Origin: Somniosus microcephalus
Taxonomy: Eukaryota
Length of the DNA: 64,000 nt
Direction: 5' to 3'
NCBI GenBank assembly: GCA_052327205.1
Contig: CM126224.1
Coordinates: 23,808,001-23,872,000 of the forward strand
This document shows, piece by piece, positions 51,064 to 63,600 of this stretch; within the stretch, counting starts at the first letter, position 1, and each line of letters opens with the position of its first letter. The position numbers and the translations under genes were made by a program. Below the pieces are notes generated by a model. It made no database searches, had not been told where the DNA came from, and worked only from the letters and a program-made list of their open reading frames with translations.

Positions 51064-54000
51064 AAAATATTACTCAAGTTAAAGTGGCAGAATCTTCTAC
51101 TTTTTTTTTAAAGTTATAGATGTATTTGCTTCCTTTTTCCAATTTCCTCCCCCTTTCATTTCTCCTCCTCTCCTGAAGGCAGTGATTTATGGTGGGGCTG
51201 TGGCACCTGGTATTCTTCATGTGCAAGTGTAGAGAGGGAATGTCAACTGGCTATTCCCAGTGGGGTGAGCATCCATTGCTGCCCTCACCAGGTAGCTACA
51301 TGTGCAGATGTTTCCAGCAGTGTTCAATGGATGGCGATCAGAAGTGGGGTGGGGGGGCCTGACTGATTGTTCCCATCCCTGGCCCAGGTACTCTGAGGAG
51401 AACTGTACCACCCCTATCAACAAACCCGGCACCAACCAAGAATTCAACCTTCCTTGGAACTATCTGATCGTTCAGTGCACAACGGGTGGTGCACTCAACC
51501 ACTGAGCCATCAGGGCAACTCAATATTTACTTCTGCAGCAAAACTTTGAATCCAAATGACAGCAGGGCAAATAGGGATAGACAATAAATGCAGCTTTTCC
51601 AGCACCACCCATATCCCGACAACAAACATGTACAAAACTAATTGCTAGCTGTCTAAAACCGTGTTTTCTAATTGTTCTATTTGTTAGTTCATAAAAAATG
51701 ACTGCACTGATAATTAAAACTACTTCTAGAAATTAACTAAGGCTACAATTATACTATGGCTACTGATTTCCTCCAGCAGACTCCTTCAGCATTGTTTCAA
51801 GCTAGGCGTCAAAACTGCACGCACTGCAGCTAAGGGGCATGGCCTCCTCCAGGGTGTGTCACACCGCTTCCCTCCAGAATCACGTCTAGACCTGATTTCA
51901 TAATTACACTGTCACATTTGTGTCAAAGCGAAGTGAAAACTGCAACAACGTAAAGATGGTGGTGTAACTGTAACCTTAGATTACAACAGAAATTATAATC
52001 TGAGGCGAATAGTTGACATGCTGGGATATCGTATAAGTACTACGACTAAATTCCTGTCTGTCCGCTCAGCACTGACGGTGGGGCCAAATCGTATACATGC
52101 ATAGTATGATTTCTTTAGTTTTTCCCCCCACAGTGAGCCCTCATTATAAACAAAAGTAAACCGTTTCATTTACTGAAAAAAACCTCCAAAGATGTTTATT
52201 TTTAAATAATTGTTCCATATTTTGTTCACTTTTTCTTTAAATAACGAATAATGCAAAATACACGGAGCATACCAAATTAGTCATCTTTTCAGAAAATCAG
52301 ATGACCTCCAGGTTGGATTATTTTCTTTTGTGTGTGACCAGGCCCTTGTGTGCAATAGCAACCAGTTCAGTCTCCAATTTGGGAAGCGCAAGATTTAATC
52401 CCAATTATCAAATGAAAACGGTTTAAAAACTGTGATTGTGCAGCCATGTACAGTTTTCTTGTGGTCTGAATTGATACTTTATCATAGAAAGTATTAGCTT
52501 CTTTAGAAGGTAAAAAAAAGTTATTGTGATCCACTATTGCAATTTGTGGGCTGCCTATCATATTTAAGTAGGTCCAATAAAAAGGCACAGGGAAAAAAAC
52601 TGTGGGTTACCATGCTGAACATACCTACTTGTAAAAGCATTTCAGAACCAGTGCGCTTCCAAAGAGCTGTTGATTTATGCGGCTGCATCCCGTCTCATTA
52701 AATGTTTGTCGCTGTCAGTCTGAGGTGGTGTTCACAGCAGGCTGCCATGTCATGTCACACCAGGTACCACGATTCAACAGAGGTTAATAAGTATAAACTA
52801 TTCTGCTACAGAACAGTTTACAGATCTCCGCTTCAGCGCTTAACATGTCAGGTCAATGTGTAACTTATTTGTACATTTAAATAATTTTACCTCAGGTCAG
52901 TAGGATATAGCAAGACTCCCGAGTTCGGTAGACCAAGTGAGATTTGATTACAGTATTTTGAACTTTGCGCTATTTGACCGATCACAGTCCTTAGCCAATG
53001 TTAAAGAAACACAATGTTGGGCCAGTTTTGCATTGAAAGAAAAATCTTCCAGAAACACAATAACCTCAACAAGATTTCCCTGTGTAAGCATTTACTGCCA
53101 GTATCCATGGTGATGGATTTTCATGCTGTAGCTATGAAATTCACATTGTTGCCACTAACCACTTAAGGCCCTGTTGGGAAGCCCAGTGAATGCCTGACAA
53201 AAGTTGATGCAAAGCAATAGTTGTTGTCTTTTGTTTGTTGCCAGGCTTCTAGCAGAGTACTATTATGCCCCAGTGATTGAAGTGGCCATGTTAAAACCCT
53301 ATATATAAAAAGGGCCTAAATTTTAGTGACAGGCATGAAGTGTGATAATGCAGTGGACTGCTATGTGGGGTAGACCCTTTATTTTTTAAGAATGACATCA
53401 CACTGATTCTTTCTGGAAAGCCCAAATTTGGTGAAACAAAATCTTACCGAAATAACTAAGAGCCCGGGCTTAAGTCAGAAACCTACAACAACAACAAAAT
53501 AAGAAGTGAAACAAATTGAGCCTTTGTGTTGGGAATGCACAGAATCCGTCACAGGATAAATATGTTGGGGACTTTAGCTCAGAAAGTCCAGACTAAGCAC
53601 TCTACCGTGCATCAGTCAATCTCATTACAGCCTGGGCAGTGTGGAGCATATATATGCGGGCAAGTGTTTGCAAATATTTAGCACACTGAGGTGTTCTGAT
53701 GTGTTAGTAATTCAAATGCTGCATTACCAGAGAAATTCAAGCAAGTGACAGAATACATATAAAGTTCTTTAATTGTATGGTTTGCAATGAATTCCTTGGT
53801 ACAGCACAATATAATTACATTAGAACTTTCCACACCCAACTAACTATATTTTATTTTAACGCCATGGGAGGCGATGATACGTTTTTCTGATTATGTTAAT
53901 CAGCTGTCCATAGCAATAATTAAATAGCTGGCAGTCTTAGTTTTTCCATAACTCTCCAGAGCAATTATATTTTTTAAATTATCAGTATATACAACAGCGT

Positions 54001-55659
54001 AAGCAGCAATTCAACCTTGGGGTTCTGTTCTCCATTGAAGCTTCACTCTGCGGACTTGCAGACAATTGAGAATCCTTTGATTAAATTACAGCCATACAAA
54101 TGTTCCCAATCATATTACGCCTATATCATAGTTCATGTATGTCATGGCAATTTTGATATGTTTACGGTTTACTTAAAATAACTATTCCATCGACAACACA
54201 GTTATCAGCCCACGCTCCTGACAGGGCAGGACACTGAGCACGTTCCTAATAGTTCGAAAGATCAGTGCAATTATTTTCGAAAAATACCTGTTGACATTAT
54301 TTTTATGATTTTTGATGTGCTGGATTTTATGTGCGGCACTTACTGTAAAAACGGAGCCGCACAACAATGTATAGCAACTGCCTTGGAAGAACAGAATCAT
54401 AATTTCTAGCAGACAAAATCGTTTTCAGTCATGCTCAGCTTGAGTTCAATTCCGGGAGTAGGAATAGGAATATACAATTAAAAGTCGGCGTATCGAAACC
54501 TCTCGGAGCGCGTTGCTTTATGCAGACACCCTGTCGAGCATACAGGTAGTTCATTCCCTTTAATTGTTAATGATGTGCTCCTCCTTATCCGCAATTGCAT
54601 TTATTCTTTTATTCCATGTGGGCTTGTCTCGCTATTTCTTTTGTTTTAATCGTTCGTTGTGCGTTTTAATAGTTCTATTTTACACACTTGTTGAAAACTG
54701 CTTCTCTTTATGACATTTAAGTCAAACGCACAAACAACTGCAATTGGACTTCATACATTGGAGGACCTAAAAATCTATAATATTGTCTCGGGCCTTATGT
54801 TAAGATTGACTCCACCGCACTACCCGACACACACGCTTACTGGGTGCTGGCTTAACATTTCAAACCTTAGGTTCGAATTCGACTTTCTTTCTTAACACGC
54901 CGCCTTACTCGCAGAAGTGAAAGAATTGTGTTGAACTTGCTCTCTCGAGGTTCACCCCTCCGGTTCTCGATGTGACTGATCTAAGTACTGTGCGTTAAAA
55001 AGCCACCAGCCACGGAAAAAGTAACTGAAATTATCATATGTGTTCAGAACTCACAGCTCACTGTACAGTGTTTGAATACTGAGTTAGCAGTTCTAGCCCT
55101 CAGGAATGCTAATTGAAAAGATATCTGCGGGTTTAACAATCTTGGTTAAGAGCTTCCAAGTTTAGTTGAACTGTTCAAATCCTCAGGCTCCAGACAGCGA
55201 CCAAACTCTCAAATGAGTTGAAAATGGAAATCCCCCTACAAGTAATTAAAGGTCAGGTTTTGGCCCCATTTAAACACAAACAGGGTAGCTGATATTACTG
55301 GAGTTTCCCTGGCGTGTTACTTGTTATTTTACCACCTGCTATTGTAAAGCTCTTGTATATCATACATGATCTTGAAACTTTTTAAAAGTTAAAAAATAAT
55401 CAATCATGTCACTCTTGAAGGACTGACGGTATTTCTGTCATAACGCGGAATAAATCAGCGAGCTGGAATGAGGTGTGCTTTGTTTCTTCAGTATTAACAT
55501 CAGAATTTCTGACTCGGCTGAAAGGCACCGCCTCTGTGCATCAACTTGTCACATGAACTCTCAGAAACACTTCAAACAAAGGCCTGCGCTTCTCGGGCCT
55601 CCGCCGTCAAACTTCGCTTTGAGAAAATGAATATCGTCCGCGCCATTCAATTGGTTTAC

Positions 55660-56450
55660 ACCTTTCTCCTTCCACTTTCTCTCCTACCACCTTCCCTCCC
55701 ATCTTTCTCCTTCCCTCCTTCCACCTTTCTCCTTCCACATTCCACCTTTCTCCTTCCCTCCTTCCACCATTCTCCTTCCACCTTTCTCCTTCCCTCCTTC
55801 CACCATTCTCCTTCCACCTTTCTCCTTCCCTCCTTCCACCTTTCTCCTTCCACCTTCCCTCCTTCCATCTTCCCTCCTTCCACCTTCCCTCCTTCCATCT
55901 TCCCCCCTTCCACCTTCCCTCCTTCCATCTTCCCTCCTTCCACATTTCTCCTTCCCTCCTTCCATCTTCCCTCCTTCCACCTTTCTCCTTTCTCCTTTCA
56001 CGTTCCCTCCTTCTACTTTCCCTCCTTCTCCCTTTCTTCTTCCACCTTCCCCCCTTCCACCTTCTACCTTCTCTCCTTCCACCTTCCCCCCTTACACCTT
56101 CCCTCCATACACCTTTCTCCTCACACCTTCCCTCCTTCCACCTTCTCTCCTTCTACCTTCTCTCCTTCCATCTTCCCTCCTTCCACCTTCCCCCTTCCAC
56201 CTTTCTCCTCACACCTTTCCTCCTTCCACCTTCTCTCCTTCTACCTTCTCTCCTTCTACCTTCCCTCCTTCCACCTTCCCTCCTTCCACCTTCCCTCCAT
56301 ACACCTTTCTCCTCACACCTTCCCTCCTTCCACCTTCTCTCCTTCTACCTTCTCTCCTTCCATCTTCCCTCCTTCCACCTTCCCCCCTTCCACCTTTCTC
56401 CTCACACCTTTCCTCCTTCCACCTTCCCTCCTTCCTTACACGTTCCCACT
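55660..56450. repeat. Polypyrimidine/polypurine degenerate tandem repeat (CCTTCC/TTCCACC units)
   Basis: About 800 bp almost free of G on the + strand, with 15-mer-like units CCTTCCACCTTCCCT. Confidence 0.95.
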
Positions 56451-58953
56451 GCCCAAAAGCACTTTGGACTGATTCTGTTGTGAGTAAACACTATGGAGAA
56501 ATCCAGTTTCCTTTATATTTCAGAGGGACGGTTTTTACGTTCATAGAAGAGAATTGTTTTCCCAAAAGGAAATGTAACTCTTTAATAACGAGTTAAAATT
56601 ATAATTAACAACTCATAACTTAAACCAATATGTCAACATATTGCACAGGATTGTAAAATCTCCAACTTTGAAGCAGTATTGCAAAATTTGTACCTCGCTC
56701 GCAGCTTTCTCTCTGTTTTAGGAATATGAATTTCGGATCATACAGCAAGGCCCACTTATTGTCCTGTCGCGTCGACAGATTTACATTAAACTTGCTCTAG
56801 TGCTGTCGCTGTTCTCTCCCCCTCTAATTATTTCCACTCAACTATCTATCTTGGCTGGATCTATTAATGGAACATCTGTCCTTTAATATTCAAAACTGTA
56901 TTTGTATACTAAAAGGACTTTGGAATCATGCTGTATCTTAATAAAATTAATAATGACAATTATAAACGATTCTTTTGGTCTACAATCCGCTTGTCGCACT
57001 TGTTGAAGGAACGAACCTCGAGGCTTGAAGCGATTGTACCCCAAACTCCACTCAACGCAACTTTCACCAGAACTTTATCAAAGGTACGTTTACTGATCTA
57101 AATCAAATCAAGATATGACCGTGTGTTACAGTCCTGATTACAAGAATGGGAAACAACGGGCGGTGAAAGTCTGATGGAAGAACTTCGATTTTTTAAAAAT
57201 TTGTCATTAACAAAAAAAAATACAGAACTGGGATGGGGTAATATTATTTTCTCTTGTATTTAGAACGGACAGACATATCCAGATCCGAGCATATGCCACA
57301 ATAGAAAGAGGTTACAGAATAAAATACGGAACGACCGATTTAACCGAAAGCAGTAACTCTCCAAAGGCGAGTGACACCCTTGTCCTGAAACTCTGATCAT
57401 TTTTTTTTACAAATTCGCCGTGATACCTTAAAACAAGTTCTGACCCTTTCGAATATCTATATCTGTACCCGCGGTGAGGGAAATGCAATAGTGCCCGATT
57501 CACGGGACTTGGATGTGGAAGCTGGCTGACTTAGACTAGAGGACTGATGCCAGCTCAACACTTGAAGCGACCGAAGCGGGGCTGCAGGACTTGCCCTGTC
57601 AGAGGTGTCTGGTTAGTGGTATGTCGGCGGGGGGACTTCTGTTGGTGGAGGTCGGTTTTGGAAAAGTGCTAACTTGCCCGTGGTTTCGCGATTCGGTATT
57701 ATTTTACCTGTGTGTGTGTGTTTGGTTTTAGATGCTCGCAGTTTATCTGGAGAAAGATGTGGTTGATGAGGGGCCGGGCGGCTGCTCTGGCCCAGGTGAT
57801 CATACACCTTCACCATAAACAAGAGACATTCAGAATAATAATAAGGAATACAACTGGTCGGACTAAAGGCAGGTACACCTGGGGCTGTGAATAAAAACAC
57901 AGGCACATATTCTATTCCATTCTGTTTTAAATTGCCGGTTACTTTATAAGAATGGAACGGTGCCGCCGTTTTTCTTACTGTTTCTTATTAAGGTAATTAT
58001 AGAGAAGGGAAATACTTAAGGCATCATTTGGGGTTTGCGGTGTGATTTTATTTCCAAAGCTCAGTCACTTCTTTCGATACATAAATATAGTTCTTGTTTC
58101 TTTTTTTTTAAATGCAACGCATAATCTTCATTTGTTTCGAGAATGATTCTCTTTACTGCAGGAATGACCGCGTGCGGTGTATCGAATCCCCGCAGCATGG
58201 TGTAACTGAGTCAGTCCACAGTAAATCTCGGTATTGTGGCGAACATTGAGACAATTCTGGATACAACTGAAGGTCCACCAAAGTTATCAAACGGCAAAAG
58301 TGTTGCTCGCTGTATAAAACCCGCCGACCTCGGCTTGCTGCGGGATTGCTATTGGAGTGTTATCATTATTGCAGGGTTATTGTAATTCAGAAAGCCAAAC
58401 TGCATCAAATAGGAGATGGATTCGGGCTGGAAGCACTAGAATACTCCAAGAACACGACCCAAACACCCCCCACGCACAGCCAAGTGAAATGAAAGCACTT
58501 CAGAACAAATCCAGGACAGTCCCATACAGTCTCAGTAAGACACACACCCATAGGTTCCGGCCTCAAATCTGTCATCTGCAAATCTATCTGCTCGAAGCAG
58601 CATGTAAAAAAAAACCTAGACACGCACATTAAATATTCTGGGAGGGCTGAATTTATGAGATTTATAAATACTACGGGGGAAACAATGAAACAGATTTGTA
58701 GGCCCCATTGCATTTTTTGCAACGATTTAAAAAAAAGTAAGTATCCCTAATTTTAAAATAAACGCTACCGTAAAATCTCCGCCAATAATACGGAATGGAC
58801 AGCAAGAATTACCATGGAAACAATATTTTGGAGGAAAAAAAAATCTCCAAAAAAAAAATATCGAAAGCTGAGGCTTTACACCGAACCAGGCCCCCGCGAA
58901 AAACTTAACGATACACCCTTGCGTTCTTTAAAAGGACAAGTGGAGAAACTTAC

Positions 58954-59140
58954 TGTTCATAGTCGTGTTTGCAGTAAAGTTTCCTGTCTCGGAAATAGCA
59001 GCTCCTGGTGAGAGGTTGTTGACACACAGTACACTGCAAACAATGTTCGTGCCAGGAAGCTTCGTTAACTCTCATCAGAAAGCGATCTTCTATCGGTCTT
59101 TGGCAACCCTCGCATACTTCTTTGTGCTTGCAATCAGACC
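58954..59140 (-). CDS. LMX1B: LMX1B exon 2, first LIM domain
   Basis: Translates (G)[68 protein letters not shown] acceptor and GTAAGT donor. 187 nt, phase 1 to 2. Absent from the supplied ORF track. Confidence 0.97.
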
Positions 59141-59702
59141 CTGCAGCCGCAACAACAAAAAGCGAGTATTTAAAAAAAAAATCCTGCCGGATTATGATTA
59201 TTCTTTTGCCTGTTATTATTTAGTAGTATAAATCGAAGTGACCGGTTCCCAGACAAAGCGTCGAGCTGTATCTTCCCACTGCACCCCCCCCCCCTCCCCT
59301 CCCCACCTCCCGACCGCTGGATTCACCTTTATGTCCCTAGTTTTCTGCTTAAAAACGCAAACTGCCCAGTGACAGTTCCACAGACCGTGTCACTCATTAA
59401 AAATGATTTTAGGGAGCAAAGCAATTTAGAGAGAGCACAACAAAGTTAGCCCAGTATTTACGCTGCCGCTTGCTACCCTTATCAAATGTAGTTTCATAAA
59501 GAAATCACGTTACACATATTGCTGCTTCCTGAACCATCCCAAATAAATGAAATATGTGCAACTGGCCCGCCTGTCACTAATCTATTCATTTACCGCATAA
59601 TAAAAGTCAGCAATGGCTTGAATCGCGATATGGCTGCAATAAATGCCTGGCGGTTACTTTTTAACTTTTTTTTTGGTTGAAGTTTATAAACATTTTATTT
59701 AC

Positions 59703-59841
59703 CCAGTAGCATTCCCAGGGTAGCAGGACCTGAACGTAACGGGTGCTCCTCCATTTTTATGCCGTCCAGCATCTTTGGGCAGTCGGATTCTCTTCTGCTG
59801 AAGCACCTATCCAGGGATTCGGGACCTGTTGCGAGAGCCAT
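59703..59841 (-). CDS. LMX1B: LMX1B coding exon 1
   Basis: Translates [46 protein letters not shown](G), matching the known LMX1B N-terminus rather than LMX1A. Kozak AGGATGG. GTAAAT donor at 59702. 139 nt, phase-compatible with exon 2. Confidence 0.96.
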
Positions 59842-60299
59842 CCTTAGCTTCACTATATACAAGCACAAAACGGCGCCCCCCCCCCCCCCCAACACTCTCA
59901 GCTCCAACTTTAATGCTAACTTTAGCACAATCGATACAAACTATTTCCTATATACGTTCACATGCACAGGAGGGGAGGGGGGTGAAGAAAGCCTTTTAAC
60001 TTGGTATTCGTGGATAATTGATCGGTGCACTACAAGTAAATCAGCACTTGGATCAGTTAAAAAAAAGGCTTCTCTTAAATAAACACGTACTTATTAGCAC
60101 CTGAGGGAACCCAGTGAGGAAGGAAGGGCGCCGACTGAAACTCACTAGGGCAAAGTTGCAATCCACGCTTCTCGGGGTTTTGTTTTTTTTGAAGAGGAAA
60201 TTAACTAGGAGTAAATCCCAAGAAGCGAGCTGAAGGTTTTCCCTGGGTGCTCGGATGGGAATGTGCCATGGAGCGTTCTCTGGAGCGGGTGGGTATAGA

Positions 60300-60600
60300 G
60301 GCTGGGAGTGAGAGGAGGGGAGGGGGGAGGGGGGATGGGGAGGAGGAGGAGGGGGGGGAAGGGGGAGGTGGTTAGCCCGGCGCACGGATACATACGCCAG
60401 TACGCTGGCGCTGCGCCCCTGCTTGACATTTCGACGTGTAGCAGTGCGCCGAGGTGACGGGGCCGCCTCCAGAGTGACAGCCCCAGCCGATAAATAGGGC
60501 GCCAGCTCCACACTCAGACCCAGGTGGGAAGAATTTCACTTTTATTTCCATTGCTTTTATATATATATAAAAAACACTTTCCATGTTCCTGGTTCAAGTC
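60300..60600 (-). promoter_or_regulatory. Candidate LMX1B promoter / 5' UTR start
   Basis: CpG-dense stretch 60375-60505, TATA-like TATTTAT on the minus strand at 60490-60496, (TA)n at 60558-60569, and a G-run tract at 60304-60370. The TSS cannot be determined from sequence. Confidence 0.5.
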
Positions 60601-63600
60601 AAAAAAAAAAGAAAACGAACAAAATGAGAACGAGATGCAACATTATTTTTGTTTAAAAAAAACATACGTATTAATAAGATGTTAGGTAACATTTCAGGAT
60701 AAGAATGCCGAAATGCACATTTCTTTCCTGGAAATGTGAACTGGCGTAAGTGACGAGTTAATCGTTTCGGAAATACTGTGTTTTTGTTTATGTTAAAGTG
60801 ACAGGGAAGGAAATCGTTAAACGTGACCAATTGCTGCCCAGAGACTTGCTGCAGATGTGAAAGGTGAGAGCTTTTAAATATTGAGCAAACGTAACACGTC
60901 TTATTTTGGCCATGCAACTGTTCTGTTACTGATGTCGAGGGCCCCTAGCGTGGCTTTCTTTGACTTAACTCGAGATAAGTGCGTTTATTGTTTATTTTAA
61001 AACGCACACACGTTTAAAGACTTAATTAAAGTCAACGCCACAATTCCCGACACACTCGGTAGAAAACCCCCCCGAAGCCGCAACTGCTCCCCATAACACC
61101 GAGCGAACCGTCCTGTTGTTTGGACAACTTGATGCACGTTCAGTGTTTTAAACAAATGTGCCTCGAGTTCGAATGAGTCTTTGGTACTTTAAAAAAAAAC
61201 TTCTGCACATTTGACCTGCTGTTTAATTATTGCAGGTCAGGGGTTTTAGCTGGCATCAAACAAAGGTTGTTAACGCACATTTCAACTCTAAGGTCGCTAA
61301 CGGGCCCCTTTCTGTGCGGAATCGGTGCCAGCAAAATACGAATCCTGAGTGCCCGTTGACTCCCTGCACACTGCACCTGGCGATTGCCGGCGATAATCTC
61401 CGACAGAACCAGTGCCTTTAGCTCAGGGAAGCGAGAATGATTACACTCAGGATCCTGTTACCAACACAAGAATCACAGAGCAGCCTGTATCTCTGGCTGA
61501 AATATGCAGAGATGGATTTTCAGATAATGTTCAGCAGCGCGCGGGCATCGTTTGTCATTTTCTGACTGCAACGGGGGATTGGAGATAATATTCAACCATG
61601 TCATTACAAAACGGGCAGCTGGTAGAATCCCCACTCCGTTGTATGTTTGGTTCCTACATTTCATATTCTATCAGAAAGCTCTACTCACAGGCAGCTTCAT
61701 CCCAAATTTTATAACAAGATGACAGAATAATTTCCGAAATTGCCAGGGAGGCCTGTAAGGGATAGTAATGATAAAAAGAATAGTGCCTTTCACATTTGGA
61801 AGCGATCCTCTTTGGGATCCCTCTTTTTTTTGTAATTCTCTCTAGTCGAGCGTTTGGCTTTTGAAGGTCGTAATATCTCAATTAAAATATTTTTTGTCTT
61901 CCTTTAATACGTCTGAATTTCATAAATTGCACGTGTTCCTAGGTGTTAGTGAGCCACCAGTGTAAGATCGGTGTCGGCTGCTCGCTGGTTAGACAGCAGA
62001 AACGGTCCCTTTCACAGAAGGCTCTGTTTTTTTTTAAGTCTTGAAGTAATGGTTGCACTTAAATACTTTTGTTTAATTTTCGTGTAAATTGTTCCCAGCA
62101 ATGTGCTTAGAAAGTTCCATTGTGCGCTATTTTAAAATAACTTAGATGCTCCATTGCCCAAAGAAGCTTGATGCTGCAAAGGTGCAGGATGGGTGAGTTG
62201 AGGTGACTCATCTTCTTTCACTTCATTAGCGCTCAAGCGTTAAATAATAGGGGCTTTTTTTTAACATCACTGTGCCGCTTTCACGCTTTAAATTCAGCTG
62301 AAAGTGGCCCCTGGTTTTTTTTTTCGCCCGTAGTGTGGGTGAATTCGACTGCACTTCTAACGCTGCTTTAGCACAGGAGCTGGTCGGGCAGAAAATCAGC
62401 GGCACAGTCAGAGGTGGATTGTGAACCGAGAACTGGCTCTCTCTGCAGGCGCGAAACAATTGGTTTTATTTAATTAAAAATTACTTAGTTGTTTATAATC
62501 GAAGCTGCGAGAGAGAGAGAGGGAGAGAGACGCCAGGAGCAAACTGAATAACACATTGATGTCGCTTCCACATAAATATTTTCATACAACATCTGCTGAA
62601 TTCGAAAATATCTAGCATTAACTTCAAACGCTAAACCACCACAAAATCCATTTGAATGGACAGCATTTTAGATAATGTTATCTAAATATGATCCACGTTC
62701 ACAGAATAGTCGAGGCTGTTAAAAAGGGGGGGGGGATGTGGAGTCGCGTTATTAAATTCTAATTGGCATCCTGGGGAAATCGCCTGTTTATTTAAAGATC
62801 ATAAAATTACACATTTATTTTAATAGATATTTATCATTTGCAATGTGTATTTTATGTCAGTTAACGGATGCAAAGAAAATTACCAGCAAGGTTTAAAATA
62901 ATTGTAAATGATTTAAGTTATATTGTGACCTAGTTTTTAAAAATTTACTCTTCAAAGCAATTGTTCTGTTAGTTCCCGACATTCGCACCCTGTCAGATTT
63001 ACACGCCGTTCTATTATCTAATGATTTCTCTTGATTTTGAAACGAATAGGTTTTTTTAAAGTAATCTACGGTTCATGTTCCCAAAAAATATTTTCACTGC
63101 TATATCTGCCAGAAAATTGGGTAATTGAGCACTCGGGCGGATTTATTTCCCCGATTTCAACATATTTGTTTTAGGCAATTTTTGAATTCTAGGGTCAGAA
63201 ATGCTGGGATAGTCCCCGTGTTACGAATGTGGCTCTCGTTCAGTAAGTGTAGTTTCACCGTCCGTGCAATTACATTCAGGTTTAATATTGTAAAATATCC
63301 GCTGATCAAAATTCTACAATTCAGCCAATTTCTAGTTGTTTCAGCCGTCCTCTTTTTACAGCAACTGAAGAAAATATACAAGTAACAAATTGTAGTTGCA
63401 TCGTCAATTGGAAATCATATATGTTTTTTAAATTATCTATCAACATTCTTAATATCAGCGCTGGAAAGGGCAATGCCATGGCGAGAATTTATTTATTTAT
63501 CGTGGGACTGCGTATTTTTGCAATGCCTTTATTTACAGTCAGTCGTTATCTTTAACAAATTGAAACTCAGAACCACAACTGAAGGCAATAAAACCGTACC

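Larger units (their letters stand above)
1..58953 (-). other. LMX1B: LMX1B intron 2 (probably continues beyond the window start)
   Basis: GTAAGT donor at 58953-58948. No exon-3-like sequence (LFAAKCSGC...) seen by eye or in the ORF track. Intron 2 is also the very long intron in mammalian LMX1B. Confidence 0.75.

Noticed and set aside
55546-56472. 308-aa Pro/Ser/Phe-rich ORF
   Set aside because: Arises from the polypyrimidine repeat. No ATG start or domain.
59842-59928. N-terminal extension [10 protein letters not shown]... in the ORF track
   Set aside because: Starts at a non-ATG codon and crosses a G-run. Similarity to LMX1B begins at ATG 59841.
60053-60584. Several 70-150 aa ORFs upstream of LMX1B
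   Set aside because: Low-complexity, GC-rich promoter/UTR sequence with non-ATG starts and no recognisable domain.
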